NCBI GenBank assembly: GCA_025363075.1
Contig: JANYEP010000188.1
Span: forward strand, 1 to 55,504
Length of the DNA stretch: 55,504 bases
Source: Chitinophagaceae bacterium
GTDB taxonomy: Bacteria > Bacteroidota > Bacteroidia > Chitinophagales > Chitinophagaceae
Direction of reading: 5' to 3'
The translations under genes were made by a program, and so were the position numbers. The notes beneath the pieces were generated by a model. That model was given only the letters and a program-made list of their open reading frames with translations. It did not search any database and was not told where the DNA came from. Shown one piece after another: positions 40,442-50,600 of this stretch (position 1 is its first letter; each line of letters opens with the position of its first letter).

Positions 40442-40603
40442 CTGGCAGGTCTTCTGACTTAGCATTCACTTCACCTTCCCGTTTTTATACAGTGGTTTTA
40501 TTGAAGTTAAACCTTGCGGTTTTGCTTTACAGCTACGGGGATAGTTCTTGATTTTAACAAGATTCCCTTTTAATTTTCTACGTGAAGTAGAAAAACCAAA
40601 TTC
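40442..40603 (-). ncRNA. Cobalamin riboswitch
   Basis: Minus strand reads TTTGGT...TAAAAGGGAATC...CTATCCCCGTAGCTGTAA...CCACTG...GGGAAGG...AGTCAGAAGACCTGCCAG (B12 box). Confidence 0.93.
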
Positions 40604-40607
40604 GTTG

Positions 40608-40615
40608 CAAATGTA
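40608..40615 (-). promoter_or_regulatory. -7 promoter element of riboswitch-btuB transcript
   Basis: TACATTTG immediately upstream of the riboswitch. Confidence 0.75.
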
Positions 40616-40738
40616 GGGTTGTGTTTGATAAGAGGGATTTTTTAAATTGTCTAAAACTACCCTACCCTCATTCAAGGGTGTTAACATCAAATTAATTTTT
40701 CGTTTCTTTACATTCAATTCTATTCAACTTAAAACGAA

Positions 40739-41287
40739 ATGAAAAGCTATTCAAAAATATTAATGTTGTTGATTGTTGTAGTTGCTGTAGCTTCTTGCAA
40801 TAAAAAAATATACTTCACATCTGATGTTAGAAATAAGATTGAAAGCAAGAATATTGACTTGAAAAAATTGCAATATTTTGTTGATAACGATGTACTTTTT
40901 TCGAGAGAGGTTTCATCAGACACAGCTAGAATTTCTGCTGGAAATATTGTTTTTCAAAATGGAAAATATTACCATACTGTTTCATTGAGAGGCAACACAA
41001 AAGGGGTTTGCACTGCTGTTTATCCAGATAGATTGACACTTTCTTTTGAATCGGGCAATAACAAAAACATTGTTTTCACCATACCAAAATCTTTAGGCAG
41101 CTACGACGTTTATCAAATGGTAGATGCAGATATTTATGGCAACGCTACAGGAACTATTTTCTACGATGGGCAAGTTTATAATTTAGTTGTAAAAAATGGT
41201 TATTTGCCAAGGCTAATGATTAGAAAAAGATTGGTGGAAAGAGAAGGTGGAAGTGATAGAACGATGAAGGGATTAAAAGTGAAGTAA
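40739..41287 (+). CDS. Hypothetical lipoprotein
   Basis: Lipobox VASC; clean 182-aa ORF at the head of an operon. Confidence 0.75.
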   Translation: MKSYSKILMLLIVVVAVASCNKKIYFTSDVRNKIESKNIDLKKLQYFVDNDVLFSREVSSDTARISAGNIVFQNGKYYHTVSLRGNTKGVCTAVYPDRLTLSFESGNNKNIVFTIPKSLGSYDVYQMVDADIYGNATGTIFYDGQVYNLVVKNGYLPRLMIRKRLVEREGGSDRTMKGLKVK

Positions 41288-41304
41288 CTTTGTGCTTTCA
41301 CAAT

Positions 41305-41862
41305 ATGCAACTCAAGTCTAATAATTTACAAACAAATGCCTCTAAAAAGCCTATCACATTTTTTCTTATAGGATTAATGGGAACTGGCAAAACACACTTG
41401 GGTAAGGCACTTGCAACAAACAATCATTTTAATTTTATTGATTTAGACACAACTGTTGAAACAAATGTTGGGTTATCTATTTCTCAAATTTTTTCAACAA
41501 AAGGAGAAATTTATTTTAGACAAAAAGAAACAGAATTACTGCAAGAAATTATTTTACATAATAAAAATACCATCGTTGCAACAGGTGGTGGTGTTCCTTG
41601 TTTTAACAATAATATAAAATGGATGAATGAGAATGGCATCACCATTTGGCTTAATAATTCTATTGAAACAATTGTTGAAAGAACTATTGGTGCAAAACTA
41701 TTACGCCCACTGATTGCCAATATTCCCAATCAAAATTTATTTAGTTTTTTTACCAATCAATTAAATGAAAGGAAGGGATTTTACAGCCAAAGTAAGCATT
41801 GCTTGAATGCAGGCGAAATCAACGAAATCAATCTTCAGAAAATCATCAATCTTTATGTATAA
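41305..41862 (+). CDS. aroK: Shikimate kinase
   Basis: GLMGTGKT, FIDLD, GEIYFR..E, ATGGG, RPL. Confidence 0.9.
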   Translation: MQLKSNNLQTNASKKPITFFLIGLMGTGKTHLGKALATNNHFNFIDLDTTVETNVGLSISQIFSTKGEIYFRQKETELLQEIILHNKNTIVATGGGVPCFNNNIKWMNENGITIWLNNSIETIVERTIGAKLLRPLIANIPNQNLFSFFTNQLNERKGFYSQSKHCLNAGEINEINLQKIINLYV

Positions 41863-42244
41863 AAATATTTTAATAGCAGCTGCTATTTTTGCAGCATTGT
41901 CTGTAGCCCTTGGTGCAATGGGTGCTCACGCCCTTGAAGGTTTGTTAAATGATAGATTTCAAAAAGCATTTGAAACAGCTGCACGTTATCAAATGTATCA
42001 TTCTATTGCACTGGCAATTTGTGGAATTTTACTTTATTTAAAACCAAACAAAATGTTTAGCCTTGCTGCAAAATTATTCATTGCTGGCATCATCTTGTTT
42101 AGTGGTTCTCTATACTTGCTAACCTTTTTTTATTTACAAAAAATAACCTCACTCAACATTGTTGGTGCAATTACACCTTTAGGGGGCTTATGTTTTATTG
42201 CTGGCTGGATTTGCTTTGCATTGGCTGTAAGAAAAATCAATTAA
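41855..42244 (+). CDS. DUF423 membrane protein
   Basis: GAMGAH, FETAARYQMYH, FSGSLY, ITPLGG. Confidence 0.9.
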   Translation: MYKNILIAAAIFAALSVALGAMGAHALEGLLNDRFQKAFETAARYQMYHSIALAICGILLYLKPNKMFSLAAKLFIAGIILFSGSLYLLTFFYLQKITSLNIVGAITPLGGLCFIAGWICFALAVRKIN

Positions 42245-42247
42245 CTT

Positions 42248-43897
42248 TTATTGTGCAATCTTTTCGAGTATTACAGCAGCAAATGTTTGGTCTTCGCTTC
42301 TAAACTCTTTAATCACTTTCATCTTGCCTTCCATTATATTTTTATTAATGTATTCACCCTGCACTTTACCATATTTTGTTGCATAGTGTGAATCCCAGAT
42401 AATAATAGTTCCAGGCTTAGCTTTATCAAGCACGCTATCTCCATAAAACTGGCTACAGCCATTAGGATAATCCCAATTGTTTTTTCCTACGAAAAAGTTC
42501 ATTAAAGCAAGGTCTTGCATAATGAATTTTTTATCAAGTTTATTTTCTAACACATAATCTGTAACTTTTTTCTGCTCATAATTTTCATCGCAACAAAGCT
42601 CTTTTGGGCGAATGTAAATAAGCATTGTAAGCACACACAATGCAGCACTTACTTTCATTACAAGTGCATTTGATTTTATTAATAAAACAACAGCAACTAT
42701 AGCAATAGCAAGCAATACTGGTGTTCTGTCTTTATCGCCTTCAACGTTCATCCCAATCCAGTTGTGATAATAAGTCATATAGCCTGCAACAAGGCACACA
42801 AATGGAATCATAAAAAACCAAAGCACGTTTCGTTTTTCAATGTATTGCATATTGTCAATTGCTTTGGCAGCAAGCACTGCAAGCAATGGAGAGATAACCA
42901 AAACATACCTTAAGTTACCACCAGTTGTAGTAAAAATTGGATATGCTTGCAAATTGAACAAGCAGTGAACAATGAAGAAACCAACGGCTGGAACAACAAT
43001 TGCCCACTCTACTTTTTTTACTTGCTTCGAAATAATTTGGGCAAAATACAACGCAACTAAACCAATAATAACGTGGTTATAAATAGCTCCACTCATAACA
43101 AAAAAATTGTCAAACCCTTGTCGTGGTGCGGTATTGTTAATTGTTTTTGCATAATTGATACTCTCGTGAACAGAGTATAGCCAATCGTGCTTGCCATCTA
43201 CAGGGAAATAAATAAAGCCTACGAGATTATATAAAAGTGAAAATATTCCCAAGCAGAAAAACGAAATCCATTGCTTTCTTTTTAATAAAATAAAAGCGAA
43301 ATAAGGCATCACAAAAACAAACTCTTGACGCAGCAATAACACGTAAGATAAAGTTAATGATGCTACAATATATTTTTCGCAGTAAAATAAATAAAGCCCC
43401 AATACCAACAAAAAAGCTGTGGGAATTTCACTGTAAAATTTATATGCCAACAAAAACCAAAGCGTTTGACTTATTAAGAAAATGAAAGGCAGGGCTGTTT
43501 TCTTTTCAATGATTTTTGAGGCTAGTTTATATGCAAAAAAACCAGCAAATGAAGCAAACAAACAATTAGTAATTAACACACCTTGTTTACCAAAAAGAAC
43601 AGCAATTGGTCCAAAAATTAACTTCCATCCTGTCTTTGGCCAGTTACCCATTAACGCAATTGGCGTGTGTGATAGATTGTGCGAAAAAGCAAGTGCATCC
43701 ATATACTGTGCACCTTCTTCACCCTGATAAAACGATGTGTAGAAAAAAGAAAAACAATAGCTAATAGCAGCAATGAAAAGTGTAATTATTAATGCTTGTT
43801 TATCGTTGATAACAAAAGCATAATTAGAAGACTGTTTCACTTCTTTGATTGTTGCAGTTTCTGTTGTATCCAGTTGTTGTTTATTTTTCTTTGACAT
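42248..43897 (-). CDS. Polytopic membrane protein, GT-C/PMT-like glycosyltransferase
   Basis: About 12 TM; acidic pair after TM1 (YQGEEG), YSEIP, LLRQE, NLRY; soluble C-terminal domain. Confidence 0.55.
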   Translation of the reverse strand: MSKKNKQQLDTTETATIKEVKQSSNYAFVINDKQALIITLFIAAISYCFSFFYTSFYQGEEGAQYMDALAFSHNLSHTPIALMGNWPKTGWKLIFGPIAVLFGKQGVLITNCLFASFAGFFAYKLASKIIEKKTALPFIFLISQTLWFLLAYKFYSEIPTAFLLVLGLYLFYCEKYIVASLTLSYVLLLRQEFVFVMPYFAFILLKRKQWISFFCLGIFSLLYNLVGFIYFPVDGKHDWLYSVHESINYAKTINNTAPRQGFDNFFVMSGAIYNHVIIGLVALYFAQIISKQVKKVEWAIVVPAVGFFIVHCLFNLQAYPIFTTTGGNLRYVLVISPLLAVLAAKAIDNMQYIEKRNVLWFFMIPFVCLVAGYMTYYHNWIGMNVEGDKDRTPVLLAIAIVAVVLLIKSNALVMKVSAALCVLTMLIYIRPKELCCDENYEQKKVTDYVLENKLDKKFIMQDLALMNFFVGKNNWDYPNGCSQFYGDSVLDKAKPGTIIIWDSHYATKYGKVQGEYINKNIMEGKMKVIKEFRSEDQTFAAVILEKIAQ

Positions 43898-43927
43898 TTA
43901 TTAGAGTTTATAAAGACGTTGACAAAT

Positions 43928-46744
43928 TTATAATAATCCCTTCACCACTTCAATTACTTTATCCAAATTGCTTGCATCTTGTCCACCTGCTGTTGCAAGA
44001 TTTTTTTGTCCACCACCACCACCTTTTATGATTGGTGTAATATGTTCTTTAATGATTTTTGGCACTTCAAACCCTTTTGCAACAAGGTTTTCAGATAGTG
44101 CAATTGCAACAGATGCTTTACCTCCAATGTTTGCAGCTAATACAACAACATCATTTTTTGCAATTAATTCAGTTACTAATTTTTTCAATCCATCGGCATT
44201 GCTTAATTCTAAAACTTTACCAATAAATGAAACACCATTTACAGTTTCAACTTGTGTAAGCAATTCTGCTTTTAGTGCTACCAATTGTTTAGCTTCTAAA
44301 CTTTCAATTTTCTTTTTAAGTTCTTTGGTTTCTGCAATTGAATTTTCGATTTGTTTAATCAGTTCTTTAGGATTATTGTATAAATCTTTTATCAAAGACA
44401 ATTGACTAAATGTATTGTTGATATATGCTTCACAAGCTTTACCACTTACAGCCTCAATCCTACGAACGCCAGCAGCCACAGCACTTTCAGCTTTTATTTT
44501 AAAGAAACCAAGTTCACCAGTATTGCCAACGTGTGTACCTCCACAAAGTTCGATACTGTATTTTTCATCCATAATTACTACACGAACTTTATCGCCATAT
44601 TTTTCTCCAAACAAAGCCATTGCACCAAAAGCCACAGCTTCGTCTTTATTCATTTCCTTTATAACAACAGGAATATTCTCTCTTATTTTTTGATTGACGA
44701 TAGCTTCTACTTGTGCAATTTCTTCATCTGTAACTTTTGCAAAATGAGAGAAGTCGAAACGTAAATGCTCGTCATTTACTAAGCTACCTTTTTGGGCAAC
44801 GTGAGTGCCTAAACCCTTACGCAGTGCAGCGTGTAAAAGGTGTGTAGCAGAATGGTTTCTCGTTGTCTCGTTTCTCGTTTCTTTGTTTACGATTGCAATT
44901 ACTTCTTTAGTTAAATCAATATCTTCTGGCAAGGTTTCTACAAAATGAATGATTAAGCCATTTTCTTTTTTTGTATCAACAACCTCTAATTCCAAATTAC
45001 CAATTACTAATTTTCCTTTATCTCCAACTTGTCCACCACTTTCTGCATAAAAAGGAGTTTGAGCTAAAACAATCTGGCATTGTTCTTTACCCTTGCTTGT
45101 TACTTTTCTGTACTGACAAACTTTGGTTGTTGTTTCAAATTGTGTATAGCCAACAAAAGGAATTTCATCAACAGTATTGATAACAATCCAATCGCCTGCA
45201 TCTATTGCTGTTGCTGCACGAGAGCGATTTTTTTGTTGTTGCAACTCTTCTTCAAAACCTTTCATATCGACAGCCCAACCAATTTCACTCGCCATCAAAT
45301 TTATTAAATCTATGGGAAACCCACATCTATCATAAAGCGTAAATGCTACTTTCCCTCTTATTATATTAGGCTGAATTTTTTGCCACATTTTATCATAGTC
45401 ATACCCCTTTTCAATGTTATTATCATCAATAAAGTATATTGTATCTCCAAAAAGTGTATTATACTCTACTTCGGCATCTAATCCTATTTTGTGTCTAGAA
45501 GAAATGTACTCATTGAACAAGGAAATTCCATCATCAAGGGTTCTAAGAAATAATTCTTCTTCGCCGTTTATAATCGTTGCAACAAAATCTTCTTGTGCTT
45601 TTAGTTCAGGAAAAACATTTGCAAATTGGTCTGCCAAAACAGCAACTAATTGTTGTAATAGTGGTTTTTTGTAATCTAAATAAGAATAATAGTAACGAAC
45701 AGCCCTACGCAAAATTCTTCTTATCACATAGCCAGCACCTGTGTTGCTTGGCAATTGCCCATCAGCAATCGTAAAGCTTATTGCACGAATATGGTCTGAT
45801 AAAACCCTGAAAGCAATAGCTTCCTTGCTATCGCTGTAATCATATTTTTTATTGGTAATATTTTCAATGGCTTCTATTGTTACTGTAAACACATCTGTAT
45901 CATAATTTGATGTTTTACCTTGTATCACTCTCACCAATCTTTCAAAGCCCATTCCTGTATCAACGTGCTTTGCTGGCAGGGAAACCAGTTTTGTAAATTC
46001 TAAAACTTTTTTTGCTCTTTCTTGTTTATCGGGAATCGGATTCTCTTTACTCCAAATATCAAACAATGATTTATCAGCCCAAGTTCTTTGAAATTGCATA
46101 AACACATTATTCCATATTTCAATTACCTGTGGATGGTCATTATTTACAAGAGTTGCACCACTTACCAATTTTCTATCTTCATCTGGTCGGCAATCGTAAT
46201 GAATTTCTGTGCATGGTCCACAAGGTCCAGTGTCTCCCATTTCCCAGAAATTGTCTTTTTTATTGCCTAATAAAATTCTATCTTCTGTAGTAACTTTTTT
46301 CCATTCGTTATATGCTTCTTCATCTTTTGGCAAACCCTCTTTATCATCCCCTTCAAAAATGGTTACATACAATCTGTCTTTATCAAGCTTATAAACTTCA
46401 GTCAATAATTCCCAACTCCAGGCAATAGCTTCTTTTTTAAAATAATCACCAAAGCTCCAATTGCCAAGCATTTCAAACATTGTGTGGTGGTAAGTATCTA
46501 CACCCACTTCGTCCAAATCATTGTGTTTGCCACTAACTCGTAAACATTTTTGTGTATCTGCAATTCTAACATTTGATGGTGTTGCATTACCTAAAAAATA
46601 GTCTTTAAAAGGATACATTCCAGCATTGATAAACATTACCCCAGGGTCGTTTTTTACAACTATGGGGGCAGATGGAACAATCTGGTGTCCTTTGCTTTTA
46701 AAAAAATCTAAATATGCTTGTCTAATTTCTGCTGAAGTCTTCAC
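43928..46744 (-). CDS. alaS: Alanine--tRNA ligase (GTG start; 938 aa with insertions)
   Basis: HHTMFEMLGNWSFGDYFK, DTGMGFERL, HSATHLLH, ELCGGTHV, GGGGG. Confidence 0.98.
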   Translation of the reverse strand: MKTSAEIRQAYLDFFKSKGHQIVPSAPIVVKNDPGVMFINAGMYPFKDYFLGNATPSNVRIADTQKCLRVSGKHNDLDEVGVDTYHHTMFEMLGNWSFGDYFKKEAIAWSWELLTEVYKLDKDRLYVTIFEGDDKEGLPKDEEAYNEWKKVTTEDRILLGNKKDNFWEMGDTGPCGPCTEIHYDCRPDEDRKLVSGATLVNNDHPQVIEIWNNVFMQFQRTWADKSLFDIWSKENPIPDKQERAKKVLEFTKLVSLPAKHVDTGMGFERLVRVIQGKTSNYDTDVFTVTIEAIENITNKKYDYSDSKEAIAFRVLSDHIRAISFTIADGQLPSNTGAGYVIRRILRRAVRYYYSYLDYKKPLLQQLVAVLADQFANVFPELKAQEDFVATIINGEEELFLRTLDDGISLFNEYISSRHKIGLDAEVEYNTLFGDTIYFIDDNNIEKGYDYDKMWQKIQPNIIRGKVAFTLYDRCGFPIDLINLMASEIGWAVDMKGFEEELQQQKNRSRAATAIDAGDWIVINTVDEIPFVGYTQFETTTKVCQYRKVTSKGKEQCQIVLAQTPFYAESGGQVGDKGKLVIGNLELEVVDTKKENGLIIHFVETLPEDIDLTKEVIAIVNKETRNETTRNHSATHLLHAALRKGLGTHVAQKGSLVNDEHLRFDFSHFAKVTDEEIAQVEAIVNQKIRENIPVVIKEMNKDEAVAFGAMALFGEKYGDKVRVVIMDEKYSIELCGGTHVGNTGELGFFKIKAESAVAAGVRRIEAVSGKACEAYINNTFSQLSLIKDLYNNPKELIKQIENSIAETKELKKKIESLEAKQLVALKAELLTQVETVNGVSFIGKVLELSNADGLKKLVTELIAKNDVVVLAANIGGKASVAIALSENLVAKGFEVPKIIKEHITPIIKGGGGGQKNLATAGGQDASNLDKVIEVVKGLL

Positions 46745-46748
46745 TAAA

Positions 46749-46808
46749 TTTAATGTTTAAAATTTGATGTTTAAAGTTAATGACCAATGACTTTTGACCA
46801 ATGACTTT
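46749..46808. repeat. Short 14-nt (2x7) tandem repeats in the alaS leader
   Basis: TTTAATGTTTAAAA/TTTGATGTTTAAAG and TGACCAATGACTTT x2 (46781-46808). Confidence 0.7.
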
Positions 46809-47010
46809 TACAAGGCTGCGAAGATAAGCGTTGAGCTTGTAGTTGGTTGTAACCATTAATATTTTTCAAACGCCAATTAAATATCATCAATTCTAAATTT
46901 TGGTAAAATCAGTTTCACATTTTAAACTAAAGAAACCACCTATTAACGTTTAATTTTTAGTATTACAAAACCATCATAAAATTTTTATGCACATTTTGTT
47001 ATTTCACCAC

Positions 47011-47018
47011 TATTTTTG
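47011..47018 (+). promoter_or_regulatory. -7 promoter element of ruvA-sprA
   Basis: TATTTTTG 9 nt before the ATG at 47028. Confidence 0.55.
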
Positions 47019-47027
47019 AAGTTCGTT

Positions 47028-47609
47028 ATGATAGCTTTTGTTAGAGGACATTTTGTTGGAAAATCCCCATCACGTGTAACAGTTGATGTAAATGGTGTAG
47101 GATATGAATTACAAATAAGCCTCAATACTTACGAAGCTATCAGCCAAAAAGAGAACGGCTTTTTACACACTTATTTGCACATTACCGAAAACGCACAAAC
47201 GCTTTTTGGTTTTGAAGAGTTGAAAGAAAAAGAAATGTTCATTCACTTAATTAGCATTTCTGGTGTTGGTGCGTCCACTGCAAGAATGATGTTGAGTGGA
47301 ATGAAACCAAATGAAATTGCTAAATTTATTGTGTCAGGCAGCGTTAACGACTTAATTCGCATCAAGGGGATAGGAAAGAAGACAGCAGAAATGTTGGTTG
47401 TGGGTTTGAGAGACAAATTGAGCGGATTTTTAACAGACAATTACAACCTAACCCATACCCTAAATCCAGTGGAGTTGGATGCCATCAATGCCTTAATAGC
47501 ATTGGGCATTTCGAAACCAATGGCAGAGAAAGCAGTAAATAAAGTAGTGCAAACAAGTAGTGATATTGCAGTACAGGATATTATAAAACAAGCATTAAAA
47601 AATTTATAA
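47028..47609 (+). CDS. ruvA: Holliday junction branch migration protein RuvA
   Basis: DVNGVGYE, LFGF, ISGVG, IKGIGKKTAE, ALIALG. Confidence 0.95.
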   Translation: MIAFVRGHFVGKSPSRVTVDVNGVGYELQISLNTYEAISQKENGFLHTYLHITENAQTLFGFEELKEKEMFIHLISISGVGASTARMMLSGMKPNEIAKFIVSGSVNDLIRIKGIGKKTAEMLVVGLRDKLSGFLTDNYNLTHTLNPVELDAINALIALGISKPMAEKAVNKVVQTSSDIAVQDIIKQALKNL

Positions 47610-47646
47610 GTTATTGGGCATTTCTACCTAACCAAGGTTTCTTTTC

Positions 47647-50600
47647 TTGAAAAATATAATTGTTAAAGCTTTAGGCTATGTGGTTGTTGGTACATTGTTT
47701 TTGTGCCAATCAGGATTTTTATTTGCCCAAAAAACCAGCAGCGACTCTCTTCATTATCCTTTAAACGACAGAAGAGGCGATAAGTTTACTTGGAAGAATA
47801 AAAACTCTTTCAATATTGGTGATACCTCTATTTTGCATCAAACTATTGAGTATGATGTTAAAACAAAACGATATTATATTGTTGAAAAAGTTGGCAAACA
47901 GATTTACCGTAAGCCTACTTATTTAACTTTTAAAGAATTTTACGAACTACAAAAAAAAGCACAAGAAGCAGATTATTTTAAACTTCGTGCAGATGCTTTA
48001 TGGGCTTTAAACAAAAGACTTCCAAGACCAAACCCTATTGTATATCCCAAGTTTTTTGATAGAACGTTTGGTTTGGGAAATGTTGCTCCAAACGCTGCAA
48101 ATACGTTAAACAATGTAAAAGCTGGTGCTGATTCTGCAAAAAATAAACTTGGTACTGCTGCAAAAAACGCCTTGTTAAAACCTTTGATAGACATTAAACC
48201 AACTGGTAATGTTGACATTTTAATGGGCTACCAAGGGCAATATACCAATAACCCTACTTTACCAGAAAGAGCCAGAAGAACTGGTGGTTTTGACTTTGAT
48301 ATGAATGCCAATGTGGGCATTAATGCTAATATTGGAGATAAATTAAAGTTGCCGATTAACTACAACACCCTTGCAAATTTTGATTACCTCAATCAAATAA
48401 AATTAGACTACAAGGGCAATGATGATGAAATATTAAAGAGTATTCAAGCTGGTAATATTGGCTTTGAAACGAAAGGAACTCTAATAAAAAGTGCTACCAA
48501 TTTATTTGGTATTAAAACTCAATTGCAGTTTGGAAAATTATTTGTTACTGCTGCATTGGCTACTCAAAAAAGTCAGGCAACAAGTCAAACATTGCAAGGT
48601 GGTGCAGCTGTTACACAGTTTCAAAAAAAACTGAGTGATTATGATGAAAATAGACACTTTTTGGTAGCTCAGCACTTTAGAAAAAACTATAATGATGCAA
48701 TGAGCAAGTTGCCTACAATTGTGAGCCAGATTCAAATTCAAAGAATTGAAGTTTGGGTTACAAATAGAAATGGAGCAACAATAGATGCAAGAGATATTAT
48801 TGCATTTTCTGATTTGGCAGAGGGACAAACTGGATATGTAGGTAATCACAATGCACCAATTACACCACAAAATGGGCAGTCTGCACCAGACAATAAAAAT
48901 AACCAACTTTATAACACGCTTGCTACTAATCCAAACAATAGAATTCCATCACAAGTTACAACAAATATGACTGCATTGAATTTGCAGCCTGTAACAGATT
49001 ATGAAAAAACATTTGCAAGAAAATTAACAGCAAGCGAATATACTTTTAATGGTCAATTGGGTACACTATCTTTAAACTCACAACTATTACCCGATGAGGT
49101 TTTAGCTGTTGCTTACGAATATTCTTTAAATGGTAGGGTTTATAAAGTGGGTGAGTTTAGCTCTGAAATAGCTTTAGATACTTCTGCTCAAAGGGCTGGT
49201 GTGCAAAAAATGCTTTTCCTAAAATTGTTAAAAGCAACATCTGCAAGGGTGCAATTGCCAATGTGGAGATTGATGATGAAAAACGTTTATTCACTGGATA
49301 TGGTTGGTATTAGCAGAGAAGACTTTAGATTAAACATTCTTTACAATCAGCCAAGTGGTGGGTTGAATAGATACTTACCAGAAAGTTCGCCTTCAACACA
49401 AGGACGACCAATTATTTCTATTATTGGTTTAGATAGATTGAATAGCAGAAATGACCCTCAACCAGATGGGCAGTTTGACTTTGTGGAAGGCTTTACTATT
49501 TTATCGCAATATGGCAGAATCATTTTACCAAAACTTGAACCCTTTGGAGCCGATTTAGATACCTTGGCTTTTGCAGGTATGGCAGATTCTACTCGAAAAA
49601 AATATATTTACAGACAATTGTATGATACCATAAAAGCCATTGCACAAACCTATGCCAACTTTGACAGATTTGTAATGCAAGGACAAGCAAAGGGAACAGG
49701 TGGCAGCGAAATTTATTTAGGTGCGTTCAATATTCCTCAAGGTTCTGTACGCATTACAGCAGGTGGGCAAATATTGGTTGAAGGTTCAGACTATACCATT
49801 GATTACAATTTAGGTTCTGTAAAAATTCTTAATCAGGCAATATTAAACTCTGGTGTTCCGGTAAAAGTTTCTTATGAAAACAATGCCAATTTTGGTATTC
49901 AGCAAAAAGGATTTTTAGGATTGAGATTGGATTATAAAGCCAATAAAAAATTATCTTTTGGTGCTACAATGGAACGATTGAATGAGCGTCCATTTTTTAC
50001 CAAAGTTGGTATTGGTGAAGACCCTGTGCGAAACACAATTTATGGTGTTGATTTTAGCTACAAGTCTGACTTACCAATGCTTACAAAATGGTTGAATAAA
50101 TTGCCCAACTACACCAGCAAAGCAATGAGTAGCATTACTGCTTATGGTGAAGCTGCATACTTTAAACCAGGGCATCCACCACAAATAGGAAGTGGTGGCA
50201 ATGGGTTGGTATATATTGATGATTTTGAAGGCACAAAAAGCACATTGGACTTACGTTTTCCTCTTATTTCCTGGGCTTTGGCATCAACGCCACAAGGAAA
50301 ACCAAATCAATTTCCCGAAGCAAATTATACCGATAGTTTACCTTACAACTTCAATCGTTCAAGAATTGCCTGGTACAATATTGAGCCAACTTTGCAAGAC
50401 AAAAATTCAAGTTCAAATCCTTTTCATAATAACTTGAAAGAATTGAGTGATCCACACGTTAGACAGGTTTATACCAACGAATTATTCCCTCAACAAACCA
50501 CTAATATTACCAACACAGTAACATCAACCTTCGATTTAAGTTTTTACCCTCAAGAGCCAGGCCCTTATAATTTCATTACAGACCAAAATCAAATAAACTC

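Noticed and set aside
40229..40717. ORFs 40229-40465 and 40466-40717
   Set aside because: They overlap the cobalamin riboswitch, its promoter and the btuB leader, and show no protein-like features
43968..46394. Many 60-145 aa antisense ORFs within alaS (also in cphA, tig and sprA)
   Set aside because: Expected shadow ORFs from codon bias on the opposite strand
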